Below, piece after piece: positions 19,335 through 27,680 of a DNA stretch of 64,000 bases (position 1 is its first letter; every line of letters begins with the position of its first letter). The DNA is from Candidatus Eiseniibacteriota bacterium. GTDB taxonomy: Bacteria > Eisenbacteria > RBG-16-71-46 > CAIMUX01 > VGJL01. The position numbers and the translations under genes are program-made. Below the pieces are notes generated by a model, which was not told the DNA's origin, searched no databases, and worked only from the letters and a program-made list of their open reading frames with translations. The stretch covers positions 96,001 through 160,000 of the forward strand of contig CAWBWI010000001.1 of NCBI GenBank assembly GCA_963792585.1, written 5' to 3'.

Positions 19335-21983
19335 ATGTCAATCGACGGAAGCACATCGCCGGGCGGGAAGAAGTCGCGCGGCGCGGAGGAGTCACGGGGA
19401 TCGACGGATCCACGTGATCCACGTGATCCACGTGATCCACGTGACCCGCGTGGCATGGAGGACTCGCGCGAAGCGGGGGAAGTGCGTGGTCGGGAGGACA
19501 GGCTCGATGCGGGTGAAGCGCGTGGCGAGTTCGACCCCTCCGATGCCGCAGAGGCGCGCGGCGCGTTGGACTCGCGTGACTCGGTGGACTCGCGTGAGCC
19601 CGTGGATCCGCGTTGCGAGGCCGACCCTCTCGAAGCGGCAGAGGTGCGTGCCTGGGAGGACTGGCTCGACACGCTGGAATCGAACGACGCGAGGGAGCGG
19701 CTCGAAGCGGGACGAGCGCGTGACCCCAAGGGACCTCGTGCTGGGAAGGGATCCCGTGTGGGCAAGCGATCGAGCGGCGGGCCGAGATCGCGCGATGCGC
19801 AGAAGCCCCGGACCGACGAGCGATCGCGCAATGAGAAGCGGCCGCGCGGTGCCAAGAAGTCACGGCGCGCGGACAACAAGAACCCGGCGGCCTCCTCCAC
19901 CGGTCCCGAGCCTCGCCGGCATTTTGGCACGCCGATCACCGAGCTCGGTCTCCTCGCCGAGGAGACGCTCGCCCTGGCGATCGCCACGCGGGCGACCGAA
20001 GCGCAACTCCTGCGCGCCCAGGCCTCCCTCCTGGCCTGGCTCGCCGAAGGCAATCGGGTCGAACAATGCGGCTTCGCATCCCTGAGCAGCCTCGCCCTCG
20101 AGGTGGTGGGAATCCGCCCGCGCACGGTGCGCGAGCGCCTCGCGCTGCACCGCATCTTCCTGCGCCATCCGGCGATGGAGCGCGCGTTCTTGGCCGGGAA
20201 GATGACGGCCTGTCAGGCGCTCGCCGTCGCGCCCTTCCTGGCGGAGTGGGAGACCGCCATGGCCGAGGCGGCCGCATCAGCTGCGGCGGCCGGGGCGGCG
20301 GCTTCGGATACGGACACGACCGGGGCAACGAGCCCTGCCCCGGAGGGGACACGCCCCCACCCCCACCCCAACCCCAACCCCAACTTCGACTGGGCATCGG
20401 CGGCCTCCCACCTCTCCGTCCGCGAGCTGCGCTTCCAGGCGCGCCAGGTCCTGAAGGAGAAGTCCGAACGCGATCAGGCCCGCCACCGGGAGGAACATCC
20501 GGATGAGCCCGAGGGGCGCACGATCTCCTTCACGGCGCCCGCGGGTTTCCAGGTCGTCTTCGAGCAGATGATGGAGCTCGCGCGCAAGGTGCTCGGGCGC
20601 GATGCCCCGATCTACGAATGCTTCGAGGCCATGCTGCTGGAAACCGACTGGCTGGGGATCGGTCCGCAACAGGAGCCGCTGCGGTATCCCGAGCGGCGGT
20701 CGATTCCGATCATTCCCCGGGACAACGTCCCGCACCGGGAGGAAGCGATCGCCCATGCCCGGGAGACGCTCACCCAGGTGCGGGCCTACATCAAGGACGT
20801 GGCCGATCTGATCGAGCCTCATGAGCCGAAGTCCCCCCACGATGCGCTCTCTTCGCTCCGGCAGATCCACCTCCTGCGGGCCCCGCAGAAGGTCCTCTTC
20901 GCCCGCCTGCTGCGGGATCTGAGGCGCACCCAGGCGATGGACCTGCTCGGCTACCGCTCGATGGCCGAACTGGTGGAGGATCGCCTGCGCCTCTCCGAGC
21001 GCTCGGCGCGTAACCGGGTGGCCGAGTCGCTGCTTTTCGAGAGCGACGAGGAGATTGCCAGAGCATTCGCGGCGGGGGAGATCTCGATCATGCAGGCGCA
21101 CCTGATCCGGCGGCTGTCCTCCTCGTTCTCCCGCCGGCCGTTCGTCGCGCGGGCGCGGGAGGTGACCTGGCGGCAGTTCCAGCGCGAGTCCCGGTTGCTG
21201 GAGCTGCTGAGGAAATGCGATCTGGGGCGCGTGGCGGACAAACCGTTCCCGCAGGCGCGGGTGGAGGAGGCGTTGATCGCGGCCCTGGGAGGGGACCGGG
21301 AATCGATCGAGATCGCGCTCTTCCAGCACGGGATCCCGCCGCTGCCGCCGGATGGATCCGGCGATCCCGCGGAGAATCCCATCCTCATGGATCGGCTGGA
21401 GATGCTGGTGCATCTGCTGGCGTTGCGGCAGTGGGACGACGTGCCGGCGACGGGAGATGCGGACCGGCAAACGTCCGCCGCTGCGAGGCGGGAGGTGACG
21501 GTCCGTTTCTGGGCGCCGTTGACGGTTGCGGGAGATTTATCGAACGTAATGAACCGATATCGGAAACAGGAGCGGCCGTGGATCCCGATGTGGGCTGCGA
21601 TGACGGTGTTGTTCGCGCAGGTGACGGAGATCTGGGAGCAACAGGACCCGGAGCGGCGGCCGGTGCGCTCGAAGATCCTGAAGCGGGACCACTATCGCTG
21701 TGTGATCCCGGGTTGCACGAGTCGCAGTCATCTGGAGACGAGCCACAACCGTCCCCGCTCGCAGGGGGGGACGAACGATGCGGAGAATCTCTCGGTGGTC
21801 TGTCACACGCACCATCACCGGGGGATCCATGCGGGGTACGTGGCGATCGGCGGGCGCGCGCCTTACGCGCTGCGGTTCATGCTGGGACTGCGGCGGGAGG
21901 GTCCGCCTCTGTTGATCTACAAGGGCAACAGGCTGGTGAAGGGGCCGTTCGATGCGGCGCCGCGGGAGGGTGCTGAGGAATAG
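19335..21983 (+). CDS. DUF222-like / HNH endonuclease protein
   Basis: C-terminal ILKRDHYRCVIPGC..SH..RSQGG..NL..VCHTHH; two G(F/Y)xS..R..R.R..RAF.AG units; low-complexity N-terminus. Start codon uncertain. Confidence 0.8.
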   Translation: MSIDGSTSPGGKKSRGAEESRGSTDPRDPRDPRDPRDPRGMEDSREAGEVRGREDRLDAGEARGEFDPSDAAEARGALDSRDSVDSREPVDPRCEADPLEAAEVRAWEDWLDTLESNDARERLEAGRARDPKGPRAGKGSRVGKRSSGGPRSRDAQKPRTDERSRNEKRPRGAKKSRRADNKNPAASSTGPEPRRHFGTPITELGLLAEETLALAIATRATEAQLLRAQASLLAWLAEGNRVEQCGFASLSSLALEVVGIRPRTVRERLALHRIFLRHPAMERAFLAGKMTACQALAVAPFLAEWETAMAEAAASAAAAGAAASDTDTTGATSPAPEGTRPHPHPNPNPNFDWASAASHLSVRELRFQARQVLKEKSERDQARHREEHPDEPEGRTISFTAPAGFQVVFEQMMELARKVLGRDAPIYECFEAMLLETDWLGIGPQQEPLRYPERRSIPIIPRDNVPHREEAIAHARETLTQVRAYIKDVADLIEPHEPKSPHDALSSLRQIHLLRAPQKVLFARLLRDLRRTQAMDLLGYRSMAELVEDRLRLSERSARNRVAESLLFESDEEIARAFAAGEISIMQAHLIRRLSSSFSRRPFVARAREVTWRQFQRESRLLELLRKCDLGRVADKPFPQARVEEALIAALGGDRESIEIALFQHGIPPLPPDGSGDPAENPILMDRLEMLVHLLALRQWDDVPATGDADRQTSAAARREVTVRFWAPLTVAGDLSNVMNRYRKQERPWIPMWAAMTVLFAQVTEIWEQQDPERRPVRSKILKRDHYRCVIPGCTSRSHLETSHNRPRSQGGTNDAENLSVVCHTHHHRGIHAGYVAIGGRAPYALRFMLGLRREGPPLLIYKGNRLVKGPFDAAPREGAEE
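19407..19451 (+). repeat. 9-bp tandem repeat GATCCACGT x4 plus one degenerate copy
   Basis: Read directly; encodes (DPR)5 in frame. Confidence 0.95.
20355..20384 (+). repeat. 6-bp tandem repeat CCC(C/A)AC x5
   Basis: Read directly; encodes PHPHPNPNPN. Confidence 0.9.
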
Positions 21984-22217
21984 CGGGCGGGCCGCAAGAA
22001 AGTGGGCGGCGAACGTCGACAGAAACGCGATGGCGGGGAGACGGTCGACGCTTCCCGCCTGGTCGCGCTCGCGACTGCGTGTCCGGCTGCGCGTTCGACT
22101 GCGCACCAGAATGCGCACCCGACGGCACACATGGCCCCACAAGCAGGCGGGTCACCGGTCCCGCCATCTCGCCCAGCGAGCAGCGCATGCGGGCTCGGTT
22201 CCCGCCTACTCAGAGAC

Positions 22218-24563
22218 TCAGCGAACGATCGCGATTGGCAAGATCCTCACGGCGCCGTCCCCGCGAATCCTCGCGAAGTATCGGCCGGCGGGGAGAAGTC
22301 GCCCCGCCTCGTCCCGGCCGTCCCACAGGATCGAGTGCGTGCCCGCCTCGAGGTCTCCTGCACGGAGACGGCGCACGATCCGGCCCGCCACGTCGACCAC
22401 GTCGACCGCGGAGCGTCCGGCGGTGGCGAGAGTGTAGGTGATTCTACCTGCCCCCTGGATCGGGTTCGGCCGAACCGAGATCGTCGTCGATGCAACCGGC
22501 GCCGGCTCCTCGGCCCCCGCCGGATCCCTCTCGATCAGGAGTTTCGCCACGAAGACATCCGAGAAGTCGCCGTTGTAGTCGGGGTCATACGCGCCGTCCG
22601 TCGACGGAAACGTCGCGTCACCGGCGATGCCTGCGACGATCGCCTGTCCCAGCCCCGAGACCACAAGGTCGAGTCCGTAGTCGTCCCCGGATCCGCCGAG
22701 GAAGCTGCTCCAATCGAGCGCGGATCCATCCTGAGCCAGCCGCGCGACCCAGACATCGCTCGCGCCGTTGTGCGAGGTGTCGTAGCCGTCCGCAGTGGTC
22801 GGGAAATCGGATGCGGGCGTGCTGCCCGCGACGATCGGCCGGTCCGCCTCGTCGACATCGATGCCGAATGCCGTTTCATAGAACGGCACGGTTCCACCGA
22901 GGAACGTCGCCCAGAGGATGGTTCCCGTGTCGCTCTTCAGCTTGGCGACATAGACGTCATCATCACCGTTGTACCCCACATCAAACGCGCCGTCCGTCAC
23001 CGGGAAGTCGGGGGAGCCCGTTTCGCCGCAGACGAAGAGGTTCCCGTTGCGATCGAGGGCGAGACCGTTTCCATAGTCGGCGCCGGAGCCCCCGAATAGG
23101 CGGGTCCAGATAAGGTCACTTCCGTCCGGCCTCACCTTGCACGCAAAACCATCGTAGAGGCCCCCGGCAAATCCATCGCCCGGAAAGTCGGCCGATGCGG
23201 AATAGCCGATGACGAAGGGCGCGCCGTCGGGACCCACCTCGAGCGCGCTCGCCCCATCGTAGGCGTTGCCGCCGATCAGGGTGCTCCACGCGAGAATATC
23301 GCCGGACCCGGTCAGAACGGAGACGAAGGCGTCCTCCTCACCGTTCGGCGAGGTGTCGTAGGCACCGGGAGTCGTGGGGAAGTCGGGGGAGAGCGTGCGT
23401 CCGGCGACCACCGGGTTCCCCTCGGAGTCCGTGTTGATCGCGTAGCCGATATCGTAGTCTAGTCCGCCCAGATAAGTTCCCCAGAGCAGTTGGGATCCAT
23501 CCTGGGACAGCTTGGAGACGAAGACGTCGACGCCTCCGTTGAAGCCGGAGTCGTATGCGCCCGGGGTCACGGGAAAATCAGATGACCACGTGTAACCGGT
23601 GACCATCGGATTCCCAAAGGGATCCAGGGCCACAGCGTAGCCATAGTCGAAGTTCATCGCGGTTCCGCCGAGGAACGTGCTCCAGAGAAGTTCCGATCCA
23701 TCCGCTGAGAGCTTCGACACGAATACATCGCCGAGTCCCTGGTATGTCCGATCGTATGCACCCGGCGTGGTCGGAAACGCCGTGGAGAAGGTGACCCCGG
23801 CCACGACGGGGTGGTCGTCGGCGTCCACGGTGACGGACCATGCGATCTCCTCGCTCGTGCCGCCCAGGAAAGTGCTCCAGAGCAAACGCGAGGCGTCATC
23901 GCGCCCGGCGACTCCGCCGCGACCGATCCGCCCACGAGCGTATGCGGGGTCTGCCCCTCCTGTGTCCCATAGCCCTGCCCCATCCGCGGCCCCGTCGGCT
24001 CCTTCAACGATGAAGCGCGCGCTCCGCAAATCGGCCCCATCCCTGGCCACAGGCGTGCAAATGACGCGCCCATCCTCGATCGCGTACGTGAGATCGATCC
24101 CCGGCCATAGGTCACGGTAGACGACGCTGGAAAACGCGGGGACGTCGCTGTGCCAGTCGGCAGGATCCTGTCCGTAGAAGAAATTGAGTCGCATCGGCAG
24201 GGGGCCGACGCCCTCTACCGGCGCCCCGACCCGGCCACCGTCGAATCGAATCCAGACCGTCCGGCCGCGCCGGTGGAGGGGAGGGGCGAGGTCGACGCCG
24301 ACACGTTTCTCGATGCGCGCGGGCCCCTGGGTCTGCCACTGATCGATCACGACCGCCGTCCGCGTAAAGAAAACGGCGGCATTTGGACCGGTCGCGTAGA
24401 AGAGAACTCTGGGGTCCATCTGGCCACGGTTGACGACGAATCCCGTCGCCGGCGGCAGGGCTTCCGGGGCGGGCGCGGCGTGCGCGGGACCCCAGACGCA
24501 CATCGATGCGAGGGCGAGACCTATAAACTCGATCGGCCGGGACAGAAAGCTGCGGATTGCCAT
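22218..24563 (-). CDS. Secreted SBBP beta-propeller repeat protein with FlgD-Ig/T9SS-type C-terminal domain
   Basis: AAAGGAG RBS; FVVNRGQ..VYRDLWPGIDL N-domain; repeats WSTFLGG..DFPTTPGAYD..DVFVSKL; C-terminus RPNP..DVAGRIVRRL..WDGRDEAGR.LPAGRYF. Confidence 0.88.
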   Translation of the reverse strand: MAIRSFLSRPIEFIGLALASMCVWGPAHAAPAPEALPPATGFVVNRGQMDPRVLFYATGPNAAVFFTRTAVVIDQWQTQGPARIEKRVGVDLAPPLHRRGRTVWIRFDGGRVGAPVEGVGPLPMRLNFFYGQDPADWHSDVPAFSSVVYRDLWPGIDLTYAIEDGRVICTPVARDGADLRSARFIVEGADGAADGAGLWDTGGADPAYARGRIGRGGVAGRDDASRLLWSTFLGGTSEEIAWSVTVDADDHPVVAGVTFSTAFPTTPGAYDRTYQGLGDVFVSKLSADGSELLWSTFLGGTAMNFDYGYAVALDPFGNPMVTGYTWSSDFPVTPGAYDSGFNGGVDVFVSKLSQDGSQLLWGTYLGGLDYDIGYAINTDSEGNPVVAGRTLSPDFPTTPGAYDTSPNGEEDAFVSVLTGSGDILAWSTLIGGNAYDGASALEVGPDGAPFVIGYSASADFPGDGFAGGLYDGFACKVRPDGSDLIWTRLFGGSGADYGNGLALDRNGNLFVCGETGSPDFPVTDGAFDVGYNGDDDVYVAKLKSDTGTILWATFLGGTVPFYETAFGIDVDEADRPIVAGSTPASDFPTTADGYDTSHNGASDVWVARLAQDGSALDWSSFLGGSGDDYGLDLVVSGLGQAIVAGIAGDATFPSTDGAYDPDYNGDFSDVFVAKLLIERDPAGAEEPAPVASTTISVRPNPIQGAGRITYTLATAGRSAVDVVDVAGRIVRRLRAGDLEAGTHSILWDGRDEAGRLLPAGRYFARIRGDGAVRILPIAIVR

Positions 24564-24768
24564 GGGGCACCTCTCCTTTTGATTCGGCCGCCTTCCCGCA
24601 GTCCAACGAATATGGTGCACCGGAGGATCACCATGATACACCTTCGGACGGCTGTCCCGGCGGGCGCCGTCGGCTGGTGCGCCTTTGGTTGGGCATCTTC
24701 GGCCGGTCTCCTCGGCCGGTCTCCTGCTCGGCATCGACGCGGCCCGAGCCGTTTCGCAAGCGTCTCCC

Positions 24769-26037
24769 TCACCGCCGATCCGCGGTCGGCGGATCCTCCC
24801 CCGTGATCAAGCGGATCCCTCGCTGATAGGTCACGTAAGCCCAGGCCCATTGGAACAGCACAAGCGCGCGGTTTCGATACTCGATCAGATAGGCGATGTG
24901 GATGAATACCCAGAGGAGCCAGGCGGCGAAACCGCTGAACCGGAGCCGCCCGAAGTCGGCAACCGCGGCCGCGCGCCCGATCGTCGCGAGGGCTCCCTTG
25001 TTCCAGTACCGGAACGCAGTTCGCGGCCGTCCGGTCAGATCGGCGCGGATGCACAGCGCCGCGTGACGCCCCATTTGCATCGCCGCGGGCGCAACGCCGG
25101 GAATCGGTCCCCCGTCCTGCTCAAGGTGCGCGAGATCGCCGATGACGAACACCTCGTGGTGATCCGGGACAGAGCAGTCGGGCGTGACCTTCAACCTCCC
25201 CGCGTGATCGAGCGGCAGGCCGAGACCGGCTCCCAGCGGCGACGCGACGACGCCCGCGGCCCAGAAGACGTTTCCGGCCTGAATTCGCTCTGCGCCGATC
25301 CGGACCGCGCCGTCCTCGATCTGCGTCACAACGGCGCCGGTTCTCACCTCGACCCCGAGGCGTTCCAATTGCCTGCGCGCCTTCTCACACAGGTCGGGTG
25401 GATAGGTCGGCAGCACGCGATCCGCCCCTTCGACCAGGAGCACCCGAGCGGTCCGCGTGTCGATCGCGCGGAAGTCCCGCGGCATCGACCGGCGCGCGAC
25501 CTCGCTCATGGCGCCGGCCAGCTCGACGCCGGTCGGCCCTCCGCCGACGATGACGAACGTCAGGAGCGCCCGCCGCCGCGCGGAGTCCGCCTCCCGCTCC
25601 GCCGCCTCGAAGGCCCGGAGAAACCTGCCTCGGATCGCCGTGGCGTCCTCCAGGGTCTTCAGACCCGGCGCACGGTCTCCCCATTCCGCATGTCCGAAGT
25701 AGCCATGCGTGACCCCCGTCGCGACCACGAGGTAGTCGTATGCGATTTCCGCGTCCCGCAGGACGACCGTCCGCCGGGCGAGATCGATACGGAGCGCCTC
25801 TGCCATCCAGACTTCGGCGTTCCGCTGTCTCCTGAGTACCGCGCGGATCGGGTAGGCTACATCGCCGGGCGACAGGGCGGCGGTCGCGACCTGATAGAGG
25901 AGCGGTTGGAAGACATGGTGGTTGCGCCGGTCGATCAACGTGACGCGCACGCGGGCGCGCCCCAGGGCCCGCGCGCAGTAGAGGCCCCCGAAGCCGCCCC
26001 CGAGGATCACGACATGAGGAGTTCCTTCGCCTGCCAT
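24769..26037 (-). CDS. ndh: Type II NADH:quinone oxidoreductase
   Basis: GGGFGG, NHHVFQPLLYQVATA, GGGPTGVELAG, WAAGV, IGD, GALATIGR. Confidence 0.9.
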   Translation of the reverse strand: MAGEGTPHVVILGGGFGGLYCARALGRARVRVTLIDRRNHHVFQPLLYQVATAALSPGDVAYPIRAVLRRQRNAEVWMAEALRIDLARRTVVLRDAEIAYDYLVVATGVTHGYFGHAEWGDRAPGLKTLEDATAIRGRFLRAFEAAEREADSARRRALLTFVIVGGGPTGVELAGAMSEVARRSMPRDFRAIDTRTARVLLVEGADRVLPTYPPDLCEKARRQLERLGVEVRTGAVVTQIEDGAVRIGAERIQAGNVFWAAGVVASPLGAGLGLPLDHAGRLKVTPDCSVPDHHEVFVIGDLAHLEQDGGPIPGVAPAAMQMGRHAALCIRADLTGRPRTAFRYWNKGALATIGRAAAVADFGRLRFSGFAAWLLWVFIHIAYLIEYRNRALVLFQWAWAYVTYQRGIRLITGEDPPTADRR

Positions 26038-26043
26038 GCGGGT

Positions 26044-26049
26044 AGTATA
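26044..26049 (-). promoter_or_regulatory. -10 box of a probable leaderless ndh transcript
   Basis: TATACT 6 nt upstream of ATG 26037; no Shine-Dalgarno sequence. Confidence 0.55.
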
Positions 26050-26255
26050 CCGATCCTGCCGACAACCCGACCCCCGTTGCGGGCGCGGTAGAGCGCTGCA
26101 CAATATGCTGAATCCCGGCAGGGCCGCGCAAGGACGCGCTGGGCCATGGGGCCACAGGAACACTCAGGCTCCTCCTCGTTCCCGGATCGGAACGGGTATA
26201 CTCGGGCCCACCCTGACGGTGGAAGTCGCCCCAACCCTGATCAAGGAGGCATGAC

Positions 26256-27185
26256 GTGCATAGACTGTTCGCTGCAGGACTCTTCGTTCTCTCATGTTCC
26301 GCTGCGTCGGCGGCGGAAGTGATCAACGTCGAGTTCAAATTCACCCCATTCGTCGGTAATCCGGTCTCCGAGGATCAAGTCAAGACCGTGGCCGGAACGG
26401 CACGCATCTTCGTGAACGGCATTCCGTATGCCGAGCAGGAAGTGGGGGAGAACGACGTGCCGGTGATGTTCGACGAGCGCGAGATCGCGGCCGCGGTCTG
26501 GCTTCCAACGCAGTCGTGCGGGTCGATCCTGCGGAAGGGCAAGAACACGGTCCGGATCGAATTCGAACCCGTGGACGCGAAACTGCTCTATCGGGCGCAG
26601 TTTCGCTGGGCAGCCGTGATGGATGAGAGCACGGAGGAGAGTTCGGACGGTTCGTACGCGGCAACGAACCAGTCGGGCGAGGGGGGCGAGGAGAAGGAGG
26701 GGAGCGGGACGCTCGCCTTCGAACGGGAGTTCCAGGCGGGTTTCGCGGTCGACCAACCCTGGCATCATGCTCCCCCTGTAACGGCGCTCGACGAGGCGGA
26801 CAGAAAGGCGCTTGCCGCGCTGGTCACAGGGCGGGTCGAGGCGTTCCGGCCCGACTTCGCAAAGGTCTACGCGCTTCTGGAGGGTCGGGAGGGAATCGAT
26901 GTCGCGGCACTCAAGGAGGCGAAGTGCCTGGACAAGGCGTACGAAATCGGCGCTCGAATCGCCTCACCACCGGCTTCCGAAATCGACTTCCTGGTGACGG
27001 GGAACCCCGAGGTCGTGATCCGGGCGAAGCAAGGGAATCTCTTCTTCCCCGCCGACATGTCGGCGTTCCAGCGAATCACGGACGAAGACGTTCAGATGTG
27101 TGTCGGCATGGCATTCTCAGCGATCTATCCGCCGCGCATTCTGGTTGTCCGCTCGGCATCGGGCGGGTGGCAGCTTATCGAGTAG
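26256..27185 (+). CDS. Hypothetical secreted protein
   Basis: AAGGAGG RBS; signal peptide ending ASA-A; no family recognised. Confidence 0.75.
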   Translation: MHRLFAAGLFVLSCSAASAAEVINVEFKFTPFVGNPVSEDQVKTVAGTARIFVNGIPYAEQEVGENDVPVMFDEREIAAAVWLPTQSCGSILRKGKNTVRIEFEPVDAKLLYRAQFRWAAVMDESTEESSDGSYAATNQSGEGGEEKEGSGTLAFEREFQAGFAVDQPWHHAPPVTALDEADRKALAALVTGRVEAFRPDFAKVYALLEGREGIDVAALKEAKCLDKAYEIGARIASPPASEIDFLVTGNPEVVIRAKQGNLFFPADMSAFQRITDEDVQMCVGMAFSAIYPPRILVVRSASGGWQLIE

Positions 27186-27199
27186 CGGGCGGGGGGCGA

Positions 27200-27649
27200 T
27201 CAGTATCCGGCCCCGCGTGCCAGGGCGGCCGCGATGACCACCATGACGATCACGAGGAGCAGCTGAGCATGGCTGATCCCGATGAAGAGCTTGGCTCGCC
27301 GGGTGTCCACCGCCTTCCCCTTGGCCAAGGCGGATCGCCAGCGAATCAGCCCGAGCATGGGCACGATCTCCAGGAGCAGGATCAACACGAGGAGCGACAT
27401 CTTCGCCCAGAACAGATGATTGTGTAGGTAGTAGGCAGAGCCCTTTTCCATTCGCGAGAATGCCCGCCCGAGTCCGGTCACGATCCACAACCCGCCGGCG
27501 ACGCCCCAGAGGACGTCGGCGTAGAACACCCGCCGGAGGCCTACGGCATCCAGCGGTCCACGCAGTGCGCGGGCTCGGGCCCATATGGCGCCCACTCCGA
27601 TCCCGAGCGCAAGCAGGTGAAGCGAGGCGAAGACCAAACGAATCAGCAT
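27200..27649 (-). CDS. DUF2214-like membrane protein
   Basis: LHLLAL..AD.LWG..TGL.R..EKG..YY..N.LFWAK..LE..PM..LIRWR; AAGGAG RBS. Confidence 0.8.
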   Translation of the reverse strand: MLIRLVFASLHLLALGIGVGAIWARARALRGPLDAVGLRRVFYADVLWGVAGGLWIVTGLGRAFSRMEKGSAYYLHNHLFWAKMSLLVLILLLEIVPMLGLIRWRSALAKGKAVDTRRAKLFIGISHAQLLLVIVMVVIAAALARGAGY

Positions 27650-27680
27650 GACGGCTCCTTTCGTCGGTGACGCCGACCCA

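Noticed and set aside
21471..22015. 11-bp imperfect inverted repeat (ACGTCCGCCGC / GCGGCGAACGT) near the HNH gene end
   Set aside because: Too short and GC-rich to distinguish from chance; one arm is inside the CDS.
19407..22130. Tandem repeats as a possible CRISPR array
   Set aside because: Units are 6-12 bp with no spacers, and there are no cas genes.
24699..24725. 13-bp tandem duplication TCGGCCGGTCTCC
   Set aside because: Two copies only, with no associated feature.
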